The position numbers and the translations under genes are program-made. Shown piece by piece: positions 36,240-45,998 of a DNA stretch of 64,000 bases. The DNA lies in contig JAQYLJ010000045.1 of NCBI GenBank assembly GCA_028720145.1, positions 2,283 to 66,282 of the forward strand, in the 5' to 3' direction. Position 1 is the first letter of the stretch. Every line of letters begins with the position of its first letter. The notes below the pieces were generated by a model. The model had not been told where the DNA came from. It saw nothing but the letters and a program-made list of their open reading frames with translations, and searched no databases. The DNA is from Clostridia bacterium (GTDB lineage: Bacteria > Bacillota > Clostridia > Oscillospirales > CAG-272).

Positions 36240-36479
36240 ATGAAACTCGACAAAAATCTCATCGCCGCGCTCCTGACCCTGCCCGACGATCGGCTGTGGG
36301 AGACCGTGCGCGCGGTTGCGGCATCCAAGAACATCCACCTGTCCGAAACGCCGCCGCCGAAGGTCACCATGGACGCACTGCGCGGCGCGTTCTCGGACTG
36401 CGAAAAGATGGACCTCGTGACGGCGGGACGCATCCTCGCGGAATACCGAGAAAAAGGGAAAAAGAAAAATGGCAAATGA
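36240..36479 (+). CDS. small hypothetical protein (79 aa)
   Basis: AAGGAGG sits 6 nt before the ATG. Third codon positions are GC-rich. It is the first gene of a tightly spaced three-gene set. Confidence 0.55.
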   Translation: MKLDKNLIAALLTLPDDRLWETVRAVAASKNIHLSETPPPKVTMDALRGAFSDCEKMDLVTAGRILAEYREKGKKKNGK

Positions 36480-36837
36480 GAACCTCAATTTAGCTCCGCT
36501 CCTCGAAAAGCTCGGGCAGAATCCCGCCGCCGTCTCCATGCTCCAAAACCTGTTGGGCGGTCTCGGCGGTGGGGCATCCGCTCCCGCGGGGTCGCACCAT
36601 GAGGACACGGAGAGCGAGGAGAGCGAGCATAGCGAAGACAGCCCGCGGGAGGGCGAGAGTATCCCCACCATCTCATTCTCCCCTCCCCCGGCGCCACCGG
36701 GATACGGTCACGGCAAGGGGCGGCGCGAGGTCCTACTCTCCCTGCGCCCGTTCCTCTCGGAGAAGCGCTGTGCGACCGTCGACCGCGTCCTGCGCGCACT
36801 CGAACTCTACGAGGTCATCGAGAGCACCCGTAACTGA
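36469..36837 (+). CDS. small hypothetical protein (122 aa), acidic central region
   Basis: The start overlaps the previous stop (ATGGCAAATGA). The C-terminus reads RREVLLSLRPFLSEKRCATVDRVLRALELYEVIES. The codon bias looks coding. Confidence 0.55.
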   Translation: MANENLNLAPLLEKLGQNPAAVSMLQNLLGGLGGGASAPAGSHHEDTESEESEHSEDSPREGESIPTISFSPPPAPPGYGHGKGRREVLLSLRPFLSEKRCATVDRVLRALELYEVIESTRN

Positions 36838-36851
36838 CAAGGAGGCATACT

Positions 36852-37217
36852 GTGTATAGTCGGGATTATCATACCGAAGGGGTACCGCCCGGGTACGGCG
36901 GGAGCGCCTTTCTATCGTCGTCCGGTGCCGAAGAGGAGCCGGACACTCAGGCACCGCCCCGTGAAAGCGAACCCGTATTTCAAAAGGCAGAGACGGACGA
37001 ACCGCCCTGCAAAGAGACCTCCTGCGCGCCGCGGGGGTGCTCCCATCGCCCGTCGCTGTTCGGGAAATGGAAATTCCCAGGGATGGACGGTCTCTTTTCG
37101 AGCGACCTCATCCTCATCGCGCTGTCGCTCCTCTTGCTGACCGGTCGGGGCGATGACTGCGAGGAAAAAGACGATGACTTCTGGCTCCTGCTGCTTCTCA
37201 TCTTCTTTATGAAGTAG
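36852..37217 (+). CDS. small hypothetical protein (121 aa) with hydrophobic C-terminus
   Basis: GTG start after AAGGAGG. The C-terminus reads DLILIALSLLLLTGRGDDCEEKDDDFWLLLLLIFFMK. The gene ends 17 nt from the convergent polC stop. Confidence 0.5.
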   Translation: MYSRDYHTEGVPPGYGGSAFLSSSGAEEEPDTQAPPRESEPVFQKAETDEPPCKETSCAPRGCSHRPSLFGKWKFPGMDGLFSSDLILIALSLLLLTGRGDDCEEKDDDFWLLLLLIFFMK

Positions 37218-37234
37218 CAAGTGCAGAAGAGGGG

Positions 37235-40200
37235 TCAAAAGAACGAATACTGGTTGGTCTCGCTCAGGTCTTTCAGGGCATCGATTTTGCGGAGCAGTTC
37301 GATGACCGATTTCGAGAGTCCCGCGCGATTTCGGAGGTCCTCCACCGAGTAAAACTCGCCTGCGGCGCGCGCTTCGACAATCTTCTGCGCGGCGGTCTCT
37401 CCGAGCCCCGCGAGTGCGGTGAACGGCATCCGAATCCTGCCGTCCTCGGGCAAGAAGCGGCGGTAATCCGAATGGTAGAGGTCGGGCGGCAGATACTTCA
37501 CACCCCGCGCCATCGACTCTTCGACGAGCTGCAAGGTCGCCATCATTTCCTTATCTTTCTGAGTTGCTTCGCCCTGCGCCTTCCCCGCGATCTCGTCGAT
37601 GACCCGTCGGACATTCCGCTTCCCGCCGAGGACAATTTCGGCATCGAACCCGCCGGGTGCGACCGAGAGATAGGCGGCGTAGAACTCCATCGGGTAGTGA
37701 ATCTTATACCACCCGAGACGAATCGCGGACATGACATAGGCGGCGGCGTGCGCCTTCGGGAACATATACTTGATTTTTTTACAAGACGCGATATACCAAT
37801 CGGGGACATCGTGCTCTTTCATGAGCGCTTCCCACTCGGGTTTGAGCCCCCGCCCTTTTCGCACCGACTCCATGATGGTGAAGGCATCGCTGTTCGGCAG
37901 ACCGTAGCGAATCAGGTCGAGCATGATACCGTCTCGGGTCCCGATCACCTTGGAAATATCGCAGATACCCGCTTTGATGAGGTCCTGCGCGTTGCCCAGC
38001 CACACATCGGTGCCGTGGGTCAGACCCGAAATCTGCATGAGGTCGGCGAAGGTCTTCGGCTTCGCGTCGTCGAGCACGCCTTGAATGAAGTGCGTACCGA
38101 ACTCGGGCAGACCGTAGGTCCCCTTGGTGCATCCGCCGATATCGTCGGGGGTGATGCCGAGGGGTTCCACGCTCCCGAAGAGCTCGTACACCTTGGCATC
38201 GTTCATCTTGACATCCATGACCGAGGTGTTCGTATAGGTTTCGAGCATCTTGTACTTGGTCGGAATATCGTGCCCGAGCTCGTCCAGTTTCAGAATGGTA
38301 TCGTGGAGATACGAGAACTGGAAGTGGGTGGTGATGATGTCCGAGTTCGGGTCGTCAGCCGGGTGCTGTACCGGCGTGAAATCGTGAATGTCGTATTCTT
38401 TCGGAATGACGATGATGCCGCCCGGGTGCTGTCCCGTCGTGCGCTTGACCCCCGCGGTGCGGGAGACAATCTGATCGATCTCGGCGCGAGAGAGCGAAAT
38501 CTGCTTCTCGTCGAGGTACTTCATGACATAGCCGTATGCGGTCTTATCCGCGAGCGTACTGATGGTGCCCGCGCGGAACACATGACCCTCTCCGAAGAGT
38601 TCCTCGGTGTACTTATGCACACGCCCTTGGACTTCCCCCGAGAAGTTGAGGTCAATATCGGGGGATTTGTCCCCGTGGAACCCGAGGAAGGTCTCGAAAG
38701 GAATGTCCTGTCCGTCCGAGACCATTTGGGTCCCGCAGTGCGGACACGCCTTGGTCTCGAGGTCAAAGCCCGAGCCGACCGAGCCGTCGGTGAAAAATTC
38801 GGAATACCGACATTTGGGACAGCGATAGTGTGGCGGCAGAGGGTTCACCTCGGAGATGCCCGACATATGGGCGACAAACGACGATCCGACCGAACCGCGG
38901 GAGCCGACCAAATATCCCTGTGACTCGCTGTACGCGACCAGACGGACGGCAATCATGTAAAGCACGGCGAAGCCGTGGGAGATGATGGCGTTGAGTTCCC
39001 TCTCGAGGCGGCTCTTCACGAGTGCGGGAATCTGTGCCCCCGTCCCGTCGTCATAGCCGTAATACTCCTCGGCGCGCTTCCAACAGGACGAGGTGAGTTC
39101 CTCTTCCGCGCCCTCCATCTTGGGCTCATACTTCCCCTCGGGAATCGGGCGAAAATGCTCCACCATGTCGGCAATCTTATTCGGATTTTCAATGACGACT
39201 TTCCGCGCGGTCTCCTCGCCGAGGTAGGCGAACTCCGCGAGCATCTCGTCGGTCGTGCGGAGATAGATGCCGGTGTCGCGGTCGCCGTCCGAGAACTTCA
39301 TGCCGGTCAGAATGATTTTGCGGTAGAGTTCGTCCTCGCGGTTGAGGAAATGCGCGTCGCAGGTCGCGACCACGGGTTTCCCGAGTTTCTCCCCGAGGGC
39401 GACTATCTTGCGGTTGATCTCCCGCAGGGTCTCCTCGTCCGGCACCTTTTCCTCATCGAGCAGGAAGCGGTTATTCGAGAGCGGCTGGATTTCGAGATAA
39501 TCGTAGAAATCCGCGATTTCCTCAATCGCCGCCTCGGTCTGATTCGCCAAAATCGCACGGTAGAGTTCCCCCGCCTCGCAGGCGGAGCCGATAATCAGGT
39601 TCTCCCTGTTCCTCTCGAGCAGACTGCGGGGAATACGGGGAAAACGCTTGTAATAGGTGAGATAGCTCGCGGAAATCAGTTGATAGAGGGTTTTCAGCCC
39701 CGCGAGATTCTTCGCGAAAATCACCATGTGATACGGCGGGAGTTTCAGGGGGTCGCTCTTCTCGCTCATCGCTTCAATCATGCGGGAAAAGTCCCCGACT
39801 CCCTCGCCTTTCAGTTGCGCGAGCATCCGCAGGTAAATCAGCGCGAGCATCCGTGCGTCGTCCGACGCGCGATGGTGGTGGAAATCCCCGAGGTCGTAGT
39901 GCTCCGCGAGGGTATCGAGTTTATGATTTTTGAGTTCGGGATTCAGATAGCGCGAGAGCGCCACGGTATCGAGATAGGCGTTCTCAAACGGGAGCCCGAC
40001 CCGCTCCGCCGAAGCACGGATAAAGCCGCAGTCGAAGTTCGCATTATGCGCGACGAGCAGGGCACCGCCCGTGAAGGCGAAAAACTTTTCGAGCGCCTCT
40101 CGGATTTTGGGAGCACCCTTTACCATCTCGTCGGTAATCGAGGTCAGGCGGGTAATCTCTTCGGGAATATGGCACTCGGGGTCGACGAAAGTGTCGAACT

Positions 40201-41683
40201 CTTCGAGCACTTCCCCGTTCTTCACGCGCACGGCGCCTATCTCGGTAATGGCGCAGGAGCGGACATCGAGACCCGTCGTCTCAATGTCGAAGACCACCGT
40301 CTCGCCCGAGAAATCCGCAGGCGGCTTCCCGTAGACGGCGCGTGCCTTGTCGTTGACATAGTACGCCTCCATGCCCCAAAGAATCTTCAGGTCGGTCGCC
40401 TTCTGCTTCTCTTTTGCAATCATGATTTCCGGGAAAGACTGGACATTCCCGTGGTCGGTGACGGCGATGGCTTTCCACCCCCACCGTACCGCGGTTCTCA
40501 CGAGGTCTGCCGGCTGGATGAACGCGTCCATCATGGACATATTGGTGTGCAGGTGCAACTCGGTCCGCTTCTCGGGGGCGGTGTCCATGCGGAGCAACCG
40601 CTTGACGGGTGTGACCGCGTCGGGGGAGACCGTCAGATCATGGTCGAAGTTATCGCGGTAGACCCGCCCCGAGACGGCATAGGACTTCCCGATTTCGAGC
40701 GACGACAGCCACGCCGTCTCTTCGGGCGACCCGATGCGTTTCATGAAAATGGAGGAGACCCCGTCGGTGAGCCCCACCGTGACCGTGACCTTTTCTTTGT
40801 TGCGGCTCTCGCGCTTATCGACCGAGAACACCTCGCCGACCGTCACCGCTTTCCGTGTGGCGGCGAGACAGCCGATGGGGAGCGCATCGTCTAGCGCAAT
40901 CGGCTCTCCGATGAGAGGAGCCGCCTCGGCGGAGGAGAACCGCATATGACCGAACGCGACTTCGGTCTCGCTCGTGTGTTCATTCGCCGGCTCGTCCGAA
41001 AAAAGGACCTCGGCTTTCGCCCGGGGATAGGCGGGGCGTTCGGGCGCGGAGGCAGCCGTCGAAGACGCGGTGGGAGCATTTTCTTCCCGTATCTCCCGCG
41101 CCGCCTGCTCGCTCGCCTGCGCCTCATACGCCGCGAGGAGACGGTCATACTCTTCCTGCCGTGCGCGTGCCCGCTCGGCGGCATCCGCCGAGCGGCAGAT
41201 GACGAATTTGCGTTTCAGCCCGAAGCGGCTGCACAGAATCGCCGAGAGGATCTCCTCGGTCTGCGACTGTTTCACGAGGCCGACCCCGCTCTCTTCAAAC
41301 GGGATACAGACCGTGACGGTCTCGCCGTCATCGTTCGCCTCCGCCTCCGAAAAGAAGCCGCGCGTGACGGCTCCGCTCCGTGTCGCCTCTTCGGCAATCT
41401 CGTCTATGTATTCAATCCGAAACGACTCGCTCGGGAATTGCGGGAAAATGCGGAACGACTCGAGCGCGGGGAAACTCTCCCGATAAAGCGCACGGCATTC
41501 TTCTTCCACCCGATAGAGGTCCTCCGCCCGCACATGGCGGTCGAAGAGCGCGTTGACCTCAATGCGAAAGAGGTCGTGTGCCTCGTTATAAATCGGGCGT
41601 TTGATGATATTGGTGACATGGGACAGCACCGCCCGCAGTTCCTCATTCGGTCGATATTTCTTGAACACTTCGAGAAAAGTCAT
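37235..41683 (-). CDS. polC: DNA polymerase III alpha subunit, PolC type
   Basis: 1482 aa. PHP motif ELHLHTNMS, the inserted 3'-5' exonuclease VVFDIETTGL, and a polymerase core. Confidence 0.97.
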   Translation of the reverse strand: MTFLEVFKKYRPNEELRAVLSHVTNIIKRPIYNEAHDLFRIEVNALFDRHVRAEDLYRVEEECRALYRESFPALESFRIFPQFPSESFRIEYIDEIAEEATRSGAVTRGFFSEAEANDDGETVTVCIPFEESGVGLVKQSQTEEILSAILCSRFGLKRKFVICRSADAAERARARQEEYDRLLAAYEAQASEQAAREIREENAPTASSTAASAPERPAYPRAKAEVLFSDEPANEHTSETEVAFGHMRFSSAEAAPLIGEPIALDDALPIGCLAATRKAVTVGEVFSVDKRESRNKEKVTVTVGLTDGVSSIFMKRIGSPEETAWLSSLEIGKSYAVSGRVYRDNFDHDLTVSPDAVTPVKRLLRMDTAPEKRTELHLHTNMSMMDAFIQPADLVRTAVRWGWKAIAVTDHGNVQSFPEIMIAKEKQKATDLKILWGMEAYYVNDKARAVYGKPPADFSGETVVFDIETTGLDVRSCAITEIGAVRVKNGEVLEEFDTFVDPECHIPEEITRLTSITDEMVKGAPKIREALEKFFAFTGGALLVAHNANFDCGFIRASAERVGLPFENAYLDTVALSRYLNPELKNHKLDTLAEHYDLGDFHHHRASDDARMLALIYLRMLAQLKGEGVGDFSRMIEAMSEKSDPLKLPPYHMVIFAKNLAGLKTLYQLISASYLTYYKRFPRIPRSLLERNRENLIIGSACEAGELYRAILANQTEAAIEEIADFYDYLEIQPLSNNRFLLDEEKVPDEETLREINRKIVALGEKLGKPVVATCDAHFLNREDELYRKIILTGMKFSDGDRDTGIYLRTTDEMLAEFAYLGEETARKVVIENPNKIADMVEHFRPIPEGKYEPKMEGAEEELTSSCWKRAEEYYGYDDGTGAQIPALVKSRLERELNAIISHGFAVLYMIAVRLVAYSESQGYLVGSRGSVGSSFVAHMSGISEVNPLPPHYRCPKCRYSEFFTDGSVGSGFDLETKACPHCGTQMVSDGQDIPFETFLGFHGDKSPDIDLNFSGEVQGRVHKYTEELFGEGHVFRAGTISTLADKTAYGYVMKYLDEKQISLSRAEIDQIVSRTAGVKRTTGQHPGGIIVIPKEYDIHDFTPVQHPADDPNSDIITTHFQFSYLHDTILKLDELGHDIPTKYKMLETYTNTSVMDVKMNDAKVYELFGSVEPLGITPDDIGGCTKGTYGLPEFGTHFIQGVLDDAKPKTFADLMQISGLTHGTDVWLGNAQDLIKAGICDISKVIGTRDGIMLDLIRYGLPNSDAFTIMESVRKGRGLKPEWEALMKEHDVPDWYIASCKKIKYMFPKAHAAAYVMSAIRLGWYKIHYPMEFYAAYLSVAPGGFDAEIVLGGKRNVRRVIDEIAGKAQGEATQKDKEMMATLQLVEESMARGVKYLPPDLYHSDYRRFLPEDGRIRMPFTALAGLGETAAQKIVEARAAGEFYSVEDLRNRAGLSKSVIELLRKIDALKDLSETNQYSFF

Positions 41684-42774
41684 TCGGTCATGGTATCCTT
41701 TATTTTGTGTAGTTCTTCCATAAGGCGGGCGACGATCTCGCCCTCGGGGTACTTCGCCACGACTTCACCGTGGCGGAAGAGGAGCGCCTCACCGACACCT
41801 CCCGCGATGCCGATATCCGCATCCCGCGCCTCCCCGGGTCCGTTCACCGCGCACCCCATAAACGCGACCTTCACGGGGAGGTCGTTCAGCCCCTCCGCGC
41901 GGATTCTCTTCTCAAAATCGGCGAGCAGCGGAATCAGGTCGACGCGGGTGCGCCCGCAGGTCGGGCAGGAGACGAGGGTCAGTTGCTTTTGGGGATTCAG
42001 TCCGAGGGACGAGAGAATCTCCCGTGCCGCCCCCACCTCTTCCACGGGGTCTGCGGTGAGCGAGACCCGAATGGTGTCGCCGATGCCCTCGGCGAGGAGG
42101 GTGCCTATCCCGACTGCGCTCTTGACGGTGCCGCGCGCGGCACTCCCCGCCTCGGTCACGCCGAGGTGGAGCGGGTAATCGGTCTTTTCGGCAAGAATGC
42201 GGTTAGCATCAATCATGCGGCGCACATCCGAGGACTTGACCGAGAGGACCGTGTCCCAAAAGTCGCAGGCTTCGAGCAGGCGTGCGTGCATGAGTGCGCT
42301 CTCGGCGAGTGCTTCCGCCGTGGGAGAGCCGTATTTCGCGAGGATTTCTTTTTGGAGGGAGCCGCCGTTCACCCCGATGCGAATGGGAATCCCCCGCTCG
42401 CGGCAGGCGCGGGCGACCGCCTCGACTTTTTCGTGCCCCCCGATATTCCCGGGGTTAATCCGAATCTTGTCCGCACCGGCGGCGACGCATTCGAGCGCGA
42501 TTTTCCAGTCAAAATGGATATCCGCGACGAGCGGCACGGTGACCCCCTGCTCTTTCAGATACGAGAAGGTCGCGGCGGCGGCGGCATCGGGGACGGCGAG
42601 CCGTACGATGTCGCATCCCGCGTCCGCGAGTGCCCGCACCTGTCGGAGGGTCGCCACCGCGTCGTGGGTATCGGTATTCGTCATGGACTGTACCGTAATC
42701 GGCGCGTCCCCGCCGATGGTCAGAGAACCGACCGAAAGCGCGCGGGACCTGCGTCTCAAATCCTGTTCCGCCAT
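41680..42774 (-). CDS. ispG: 4-hydroxy-3-methylbut-2-en-1-yl diphosphate synthase
   Basis: ITVQSMTNTDT, LVSCPTCGRT and MGCAVNGPGE. The start was trimmed to MAEQDL (ATG 42774), after GGGAGG. The stop overlaps the polC ATG (ATGA). Confidence 0.93.
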   Translation of the reverse strand: MAEQDLRRRSRALSVGSLTIGGDAPITVQSMTNTDTHDAVATLRQVRALADAGCDIVRLAVPDAAAAATFSYLKEQGVTVPLVADIHFDWKIALECVAAGADKIRINPGNIGGHEKVEAVARACRERGIPIRIGVNGGSLQKEILAKYGSPTAEALAESALMHARLLEACDFWDTVLSVKSSDVRRMIDANRILAEKTDYPLHLGVTEAGSAARGTVKSAVGIGTLLAEGIGDTIRVSLTADPVEEVGAAREILSSLGLNPQKQLTLVSCPTCGRTRVDLIPLLADFEKRIRAEGLNDLPVKVAFMGCAVNGPGEARDADIGIAGGVGEALLFRHGEVVAKYPEGEIVARLMEELHKIKDTMTE

Positions 42775-42817
42775 TTGAAACCTCCCTCTCGTTCCTCCCC
42801 AAAGGGGGGGGAACCGA

Positions 42818-43912
42818 TTACATGATACACGAATAAATGTCCTTAAATGTGACCACAACCATGAGCGCGAGCAACAAAAACAGCCCGACGGTATCAATCC
42901 ACGCGATGGTCTTCGCAGGCAGTTTCTTGCGCGAAACGAGTTCAATCAAAGTATAGAGGACATGACCGCCGTCGAGCGCCGGCAGCGGCAATAGGTTGAA
43001 TATCCCGAGGTTTACGCTGATGAGCCCCACGATATAGAGGAAACTGTACATTCCCGTCTTGGCAACCTCGGAAATCGCCTGTGCCGTCCCGACGGGACCC
43101 GATACCGCTTTGAGCGAGTAGCGACCCGTAATGAGGTCGATGAGGGAATCCCACACCGCCTGCACGAGATAGCAAGACTTATAGAAGGACTGTTTGATGA
43201 CGACCCCAAAGGTCTTTTCCTCGGGCGCGACATAGAAGTCGAGCGTCCCGTACGAAATGCCGTTCTCTTCCTCGCTCGGGAAACGGATTTGAAGCTCTTG
43301 AATCTCGCCGTTCCGTCTCACCGTCAGGGTGAGAGGTTCCTCGCCCCCGCCCTGATGGACAATCTGATAGTACAGTTGGTCCGAGATATGGACGCGGTGG
43401 GACCCGACTTTGAGAATCTCGTCCCCGACCATCAGCCCCTGTGCCGCACTGGACGGAAGACCCTCTTCGGTCTTTTGGAACGCGCTCACGGTCGTCCCGC
43501 CGACGACCGACGAACAGGTGAGAATGACGCAGATGAGGAACCCGAGCAGGAGGTTTTGGAGCGCGCCCGCGGCGTGGACGATGAGACGCTGCCACGCGGG
43601 TTTGGACGCGAGCGACCCGAGGCGCGGGTCTACGATTTCGGGGGCGGGTTCTCCGTCCTCCGGGGGATTGGGCGCATCGCCCGCATCCTCCTCCGAGAGT
43701 TCTCCCTCCATCGAGACAAAACCGCCGAACGGAATCATGCGGAGCGCATAGACGATCCCCGTCTTCTTCGAGCGGAACCAAACCAGTTTCGGTCCCATCC
43801 CGATGGCAAATTCATAAATCCGCACATGGAAAATCCGCGCGGAAATATAGTGTCCGAGTTCGTGAATGAAAATGAGAAGCCCGAACACCAAAATGGCTAA
43901 TACGATATACAT
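42818..43912 (-). CDS. rseP: RIP site-2 metalloprotease RseP
   Basis: HELGHY zinc motif, a central PDZ-like segment, and NLLPLPALDGG. The start was trimmed to MYIVLAILVFG. Confidence 0.9.
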   Translation of the reverse strand: MYIVLAILVFGLLIFIHELGHYISARIFHVRIYEFAIGMGPKLVWFRSKKTGIVYALRMIPFGGFVSMEGELSEEDAGDAPNPPEDGEPAPEIVDPRLGSLASKPAWQRLIVHAAGALQNLLLGFLICVILTCSSVVGGTTVSAFQKTEEGLPSSAAQGLMVGDEILKVGSHRVHISDQLYYQIVHQGGGEEPLTLTVRRNGEIQELQIRFPSEEENGISYGTLDFYVAPEEKTFGVVIKQSFYKSCYLVQAVWDSLIDLITGRYSLKAVSGPVGTAQAISEVAKTGMYSFLYIVGLISVNLGIFNLLPLPALDGGHVLYTLIELVSRKKLPAKTIAWIDTVGLFLLLALMVVVTFKDIYSCIM

Positions 43913-43925
43913 GGGTTCTCCCCCA

Positions 43926-45107
43926 TTATGCTTTTGTGAGTAGTTTTTGTGCCCGTACCCTCGCCTCGCGGTCGAGCGCGAGGATTTCGTCGAGGGTTTC
44001 GGCTTTGGTCTCCCGCCCGAAAGAGGCGTAGACCTCCGAGACGGTATCCGAGATTCCGAGGAACGGGATTTTCCCGTCGAGGAACGCCGCCACCGCGACC
44101 TCGTTCGCGGCATTGAGTACCGCGGGCATTCCGCCGCCCGCGCGATACGCTTTTTTCGCGAGTGAGAGGAGCGGGAACGCCTCGTCGTCCGGCTCTCCGA
44201 ATGTCAGGCGCCCCTGCGCAAAGAGGTCGAGCGGCTCGGTCAGCCCCGCGACACGCGCGGGATAGGTCAGCGCGTACTGCACGCAGGCGCGCATATCGGG
44301 TTTCGACAATTCCGCGAGAACCGTGTTATCAATATATTCCACCGCGCTGTGAATTATACTCTCGGGATGGACAAGCACGGTGATGCGCTCGGCAGGGACC
44401 CCGAAAAGGTGTGCCGCCTCGATCACTTCAAAGCCCTTGTTCATGAGCGTGGCGCTGTCGACCGTGATTTTGGCACCCATCTTCCATGTCGGATGCGCGA
44501 GAGTGTCCGCCGCCGTCACATGGGCGAGTCGCTCCCTCGTATAGCCGTAGAACGGTCCGCCCGAGGCGGTGAGCAAAATCCGCTTGACCTCGCGCTGATC
44601 CCCGCCGTGGAGGCATTGGAAAATCGCGCTGTGCTCGCTGTCGACCGGGATGAGTTCGCACCCCGTCTCCTTTGCACGCCGCATGACAATCTCGCCGGCG
44701 ACGACGAGGGATTCCTTATTGGCGAGGGCGAGCCTCCGTCCGGTCTCGATGACCCGCAGGGTGGGCATGAGCCCCGCCTCTCCGAGGACGGAATTGACAA
44801 ACACTTCCGCATCGCTTGCGGCAATGGCTTCCGCGCTCCCCGCATCCCCCGCGAGCACCTTGACCGAGGTATCGGCAAGTCGGGTTTTGAGATCCCGCGC
44901 CGCCTCCTCGTCGGTCAGCACGACATAGCGGGGAGAAAACGCTCGCGCTTGTTCTTCGATGAGATTTGTATTCCGATGCGCGGTCAACAGGTCTACCCGA
45001 AGACGGTGATGGGCGGCGACTTCGAGAGTCTGCCGCCCGACGGAGCCGGTGGAGCCCAAAACCGCGACCGACGCGGGCATCCCGCCGCGAAATTCCCCCG
45101 CTCTCAT
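43926..45107 (-). CDS. dxr: 1-deoxy-D-xylulose 5-phosphate reductoisomerase
   Basis: VAVLGSTGSVGRQTL, LANKESLV and DSEHSAIFQC. The start is ambiguous: ATG 45107 overlaps the cdsA stop (ATGA), while ATG 45080 would give MPASVAVLG. The 529-aa ORF is an artefactual extension. Confidence 0.9.
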   Translation of the reverse strand: MRAGEFRGGMPASVAVLGSTGSVGRQTLEVAAHHRLRVDLLTAHRNTNLIEEQARAFSPRYVVLTDEEAARDLKTRLADTSVKVLAGDAGSAEAIAASDAEVFVNSVLGEAGLMPTLRVIETGRRLALANKESLVVAGEIVMRRAKETGCELIPVDSEHSAIFQCLHGGDQREVKRILLTASGGPFYGYTRERLAHVTAADTLAHPTWKMGAKITVDSATLMNKGFEVIEAAHLFGVPAERITVLVHPESIIHSAVEYIDNTVLAELSKPDMRACVQYALTYPARVAGLTEPLDLFAQGRLTFGEPDDEAFPLLSLAKKAYRAGGGMPAVLNAANEVAVAAFLDGKIPFLGISDTVSEVYASFGRETKAETLDEILALDREARVRAQKLLTKA

Positions 45108-45997
45108 GACAGTATGGCGAACGCGTCGCCCAAGAGAGAGAGATTCGAGAGAATGAGCAGAACGGGAGAAATCGCGAGCACGCTGTCGAAGCGGTCGAGC
45201 ACGCCGCCGTGCCCCGGGAAAATCTTCCCGTAATCTTTGACCCCGTGTTCCCGCTTGATGAGCGAGGTGATAAGGTCGCCGACCTGTGACACCACCGACG
45301 CGATGAGCCCCGTGAGAATGAGCATCGGGTAATTGACGCGGAATCCCCATCTGCCCGCGAAGTGCATGACGAGCCCGAAAGCCACGAAAGAGATCATGCA
45401 GAACACGATGCCGCCGATCGACCCCTCGACCGTCTTTTTCGGGCTGATGACGGGGTTCAGACGATGACGACCGAAGAAACGACCCGTGAAGTACGCGAAG
45501 GTATCGGTCACCCACGCGCCGAAGAAGACCAAGAGATAGAGGTAGCCGCCGAAGGGCGTTTGATGGCGCAGAAGCGCGAGCGAGGCAAACGAGAGCGTGA
45601 TATAGAGCACGCCCGAGAAGACCTCGGCGACCGTCTCAAATTTCATCTTCCCCTGACGGAAGACCGCCACGGCGAAGAGGTAGAGCAAATAGACCGTGAA
45701 CACCGCCGCCGCTACCAAGAGATAGGGGGGGATATCGGTGACGAAATAGGTGCCGAACGGCAGGACAAGCGCAATCAGATACGCGGGTACCGAGACGACA
45801 AAATCTTCTTTTCCCGCAGTCGCGGGTGCGTCGTCCGCGCCGGGGACGGTACGCAGGCATTTGAGCAGTTCATAGGTCCCCGCGAGAGAGAGGACTGCCA
45901 CCAATGCGGGGATAAGAAACGCCGCTTTCCACGAGAGAAACAGAATCGGCACCAAAATGGCAATCAGCACGGTCGCCGTGAGAATCCGCTGTTTCAT
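45104..45997 (-). CDS. cdsA: phosphatidate cytidylyltransferase
   Basis: The signature is GDLITSLIKREHGVKDYGKIFPGHGGVLDRFDS. Confidence 0.93.
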   Translation of the reverse strand: MKQRILTATVLIAILVPILFLSWKAAFLIPALVAVLSLAGTYELLKCLRTVPGADDAPATAGKEDFVVSVPAYLIALVLPFGTYFVTDIPPYLLVAAAVFTVYLLYLFAVAVFRQGKMKFETVAEVFSGVLYITLSFASLALLRHQTPFGGYLYLLVFFGAWVTDTFAYFTGRFFGRHRLNPVISPKKTVEGSIGGIVFCMISFVAFGLVMHFAGRWGFRVNYPMLILTGLIASVVSQVGDLITSLIKREHGVKDYGKIFPGHGGVLDRFDSVLAISPVLLILSNLSLLGDAFAILS

Positions 45998-45998
45998 C

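Noticed and set aside
37472-40894. 483-aa and 639-aa plus-strand ORFs
   Set aside because: Both are antisense to polC, whose identity is unambiguous. They have the same R/G/V/E-rich shadow composition.
41680-45515. Long N-terminal extensions of ispG (421 aa), rseP (431 aa) and dxr (529 aa) in the ORF track. The same applies to cdd, deoC, proB, the SNF gene and the 52802 and 53578 genes.
   Set aside because: The extensions overlap the upstream genes, are Arg/Ser/Pro-rich junk, and internal ATGs preceded by Shine-Dalgarno sequences reproduce the canonical N-termini. All starts were trimmed accordingly.
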